From assembly GCA_041482195.1 (NCBI GenBank), contig JBGPDH010000001.1, forward strand, positions 1-61,321: a DNA stretch of 61,321 bases. Direction: 5' to 3'. This document shows, one piece after another, positions 60,512-61,321 of the stretch. Every line of letters starts with the position of its first letter. The first letter of the stretch is position 1. The position numbers were made by a program, and so were the translations under genes. The DNA comes from Verrucomicrobiia bacterium (GTDB lineage: Bacteria; Verrucomicrobiota; Verrucomicrobiia; Limisphaerales; UBA11358). The notes under the pieces were generated by a model that was given only the letters and a program-made list of their open reading frames with translations, made no database searches and was not told where the DNA came from.

Positions 60512-61321
60512 TTGCGCTTTTCCCCGGTTGAGCTACGCTCGCCGTCGGTGAGCACTTCAACCCCAGCGACGCCGTCGGAATCCACTCCACCCGAAAACGT
60601 TGCGTCCCGGCAGCCGGTGTTCGTCACCACCCACTGGTCGGTCGTACTGACCGCCGGACGAACGGACACCACCCGCGCCCGGGCCGCGCTGGAACGGCTT
60701 TGCCAGACCTACTGGTATCCCCTTTACGCCTACGTGCGGCGGCGGGGAAATTCACCGGAGGATGCCCAGGACCTGACGCAGGAATTTTTCGCGCGCCTCC
60801 TGGAAAAGAATTGGATCGGCCGGGCCGACCAGCAACGGGGGCGGTTCCGTTCTTTCCTGTTGTCCGCCATGAACCATTTTCTGTCCGACGAATGGGACAA
60901 GGCCCGGGCGCAAAAACGCGGCGGGAATTTCGCCCACGTACCACTCGAGTTTGAAGTGGCGGAGACCCGTTACAGCCACGAACCGGTCGACCCCATCACG
61001 CCGGAACAGAATTACGAACGCCGCTGGGCCCTGACCCTGCTAGACGAAGTCCTGCGGCGGTTGCGTTCGGAGTTCGAACAGGACGGTCGGGGCGAGCTCT
61101 TTGCCACCTTACACCCTTGCCTCGTGGGCGACCGGAGTTCCCAGCCCTACGCTGAACTGGCCGTGAAACTGGGCATCAGCGAAGGCACCGTGAAGTCCGC
61201 CGTCCATCGTCTCCGCCAGCGTTATCGCCAGTTGTTGCGTGATGAAATTGCGCAAACCGTGGCCGTCCCCGGCGAAGTGGATGAGGAATTGCGGCATCTG
61301 TTCGTCGTGCTGGCAAGATAG
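60512..61321 (+). CDS. ECF-type sigma-70 family sigma factor, paralog of 51248-52054
   Basis: It has the same motif set (FVTTHWSVV, DAQDLTQEFFARLLE, AVHRLRQRY). The TAG stop is the last codon of the window. Confidence 0.85.
   Translation: MRFSPVELRSPSVSTSTPATPSESTPPENVASRQPVFVTTHWSVVLTAGRTDTTRARAALERLCQTYWYPLYAYVRRRGNSPEDAQDLTQEFFARLLEKNWIGRADQQRGRFRSFLLSAMNHFLSDEWDKARAQKRGGNFAHVPLEFEVAETRYSHEPVDPITPEQNYERRWALTLLDEVLRRLRSEFEQDGRGELFATLHPCLVGDRSSQPYAELAVKLGISEGTVKSAVHRLRQRYRQLLRDEIAQTVAVPGEVDEELRHLFVVLAR

Noticed and set aside
1-61321. tRNA, rRNA, tmRNA, riboswitch, prophage, integrase or transposase genes.
   Set aside because: No intergenic gap larger than about 250 nt exists, and none shows cloverleaf-type nested stems or a recognisable riboswitch core by eye. 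No ORF has recombinase or transposase motifs. A covariance-model scan (Infernal/tRNAscan) would be needed to exclude small RNAs formally.

Overview
61.3-kb gene-dense chromosomal window with about 52 protein genes. I saw no rRNA, tRNA, CRISPR array, transposase or integrase. The content points to a Verrucomicrobiota-type (PVC) genome: DUF1559/H-X9-DG prepilin-like genes, a PEP-CTERM protein, ECF sigma plus Hanks-kinase pairing, an Amuc_1100-type PilM/secretin pilus-like cluster, and distinctive low-complexity intergenic repeats. Housekeeping genes (SulP permease, gmhA, nth, xth, serA, glgB, coaE, KamA-family aminomutase, IscA/HscB-like pair, GT9 heptosyltransferase, acylphosphatase and others) are interleaved with accessory blocks. 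The best candidates for something undescribed are: (1) a secretin whose conserved C-domain is split across two ORFs, the second carrying its own signal peptide (42348-45313), at the end of a PilM/N - Amuc_1100-like - TM protein - secretin operon; (2) a tightly packed operon of three giant secreted proteins without assignable function (33898-41148), lying between a stand-alone 5'-3' exonuclease gene and coaE; (3) a 1211-aa protein fusing a zinc ribbon, a Hanks Ser/Thr kinase, a Wzz/PCP-like module and a SecD-head-like domain, paired with an ECF sigma factor (51248-55825), with a paralogous sigma at the window end; (4) a same-strand envelope block of lipoprotein, DUF481-like barrel, EF-hand membrane protein and DUF4337-like protein (11476-16111); (5) at least four families of structured intergenic repeats, one with 13-bp terminal inverted repeats that supplies a gene's stop codon. 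All calls rest on reading the ORF translations and the DNA by eye. No database search was run, so family names are motif-based recollections.
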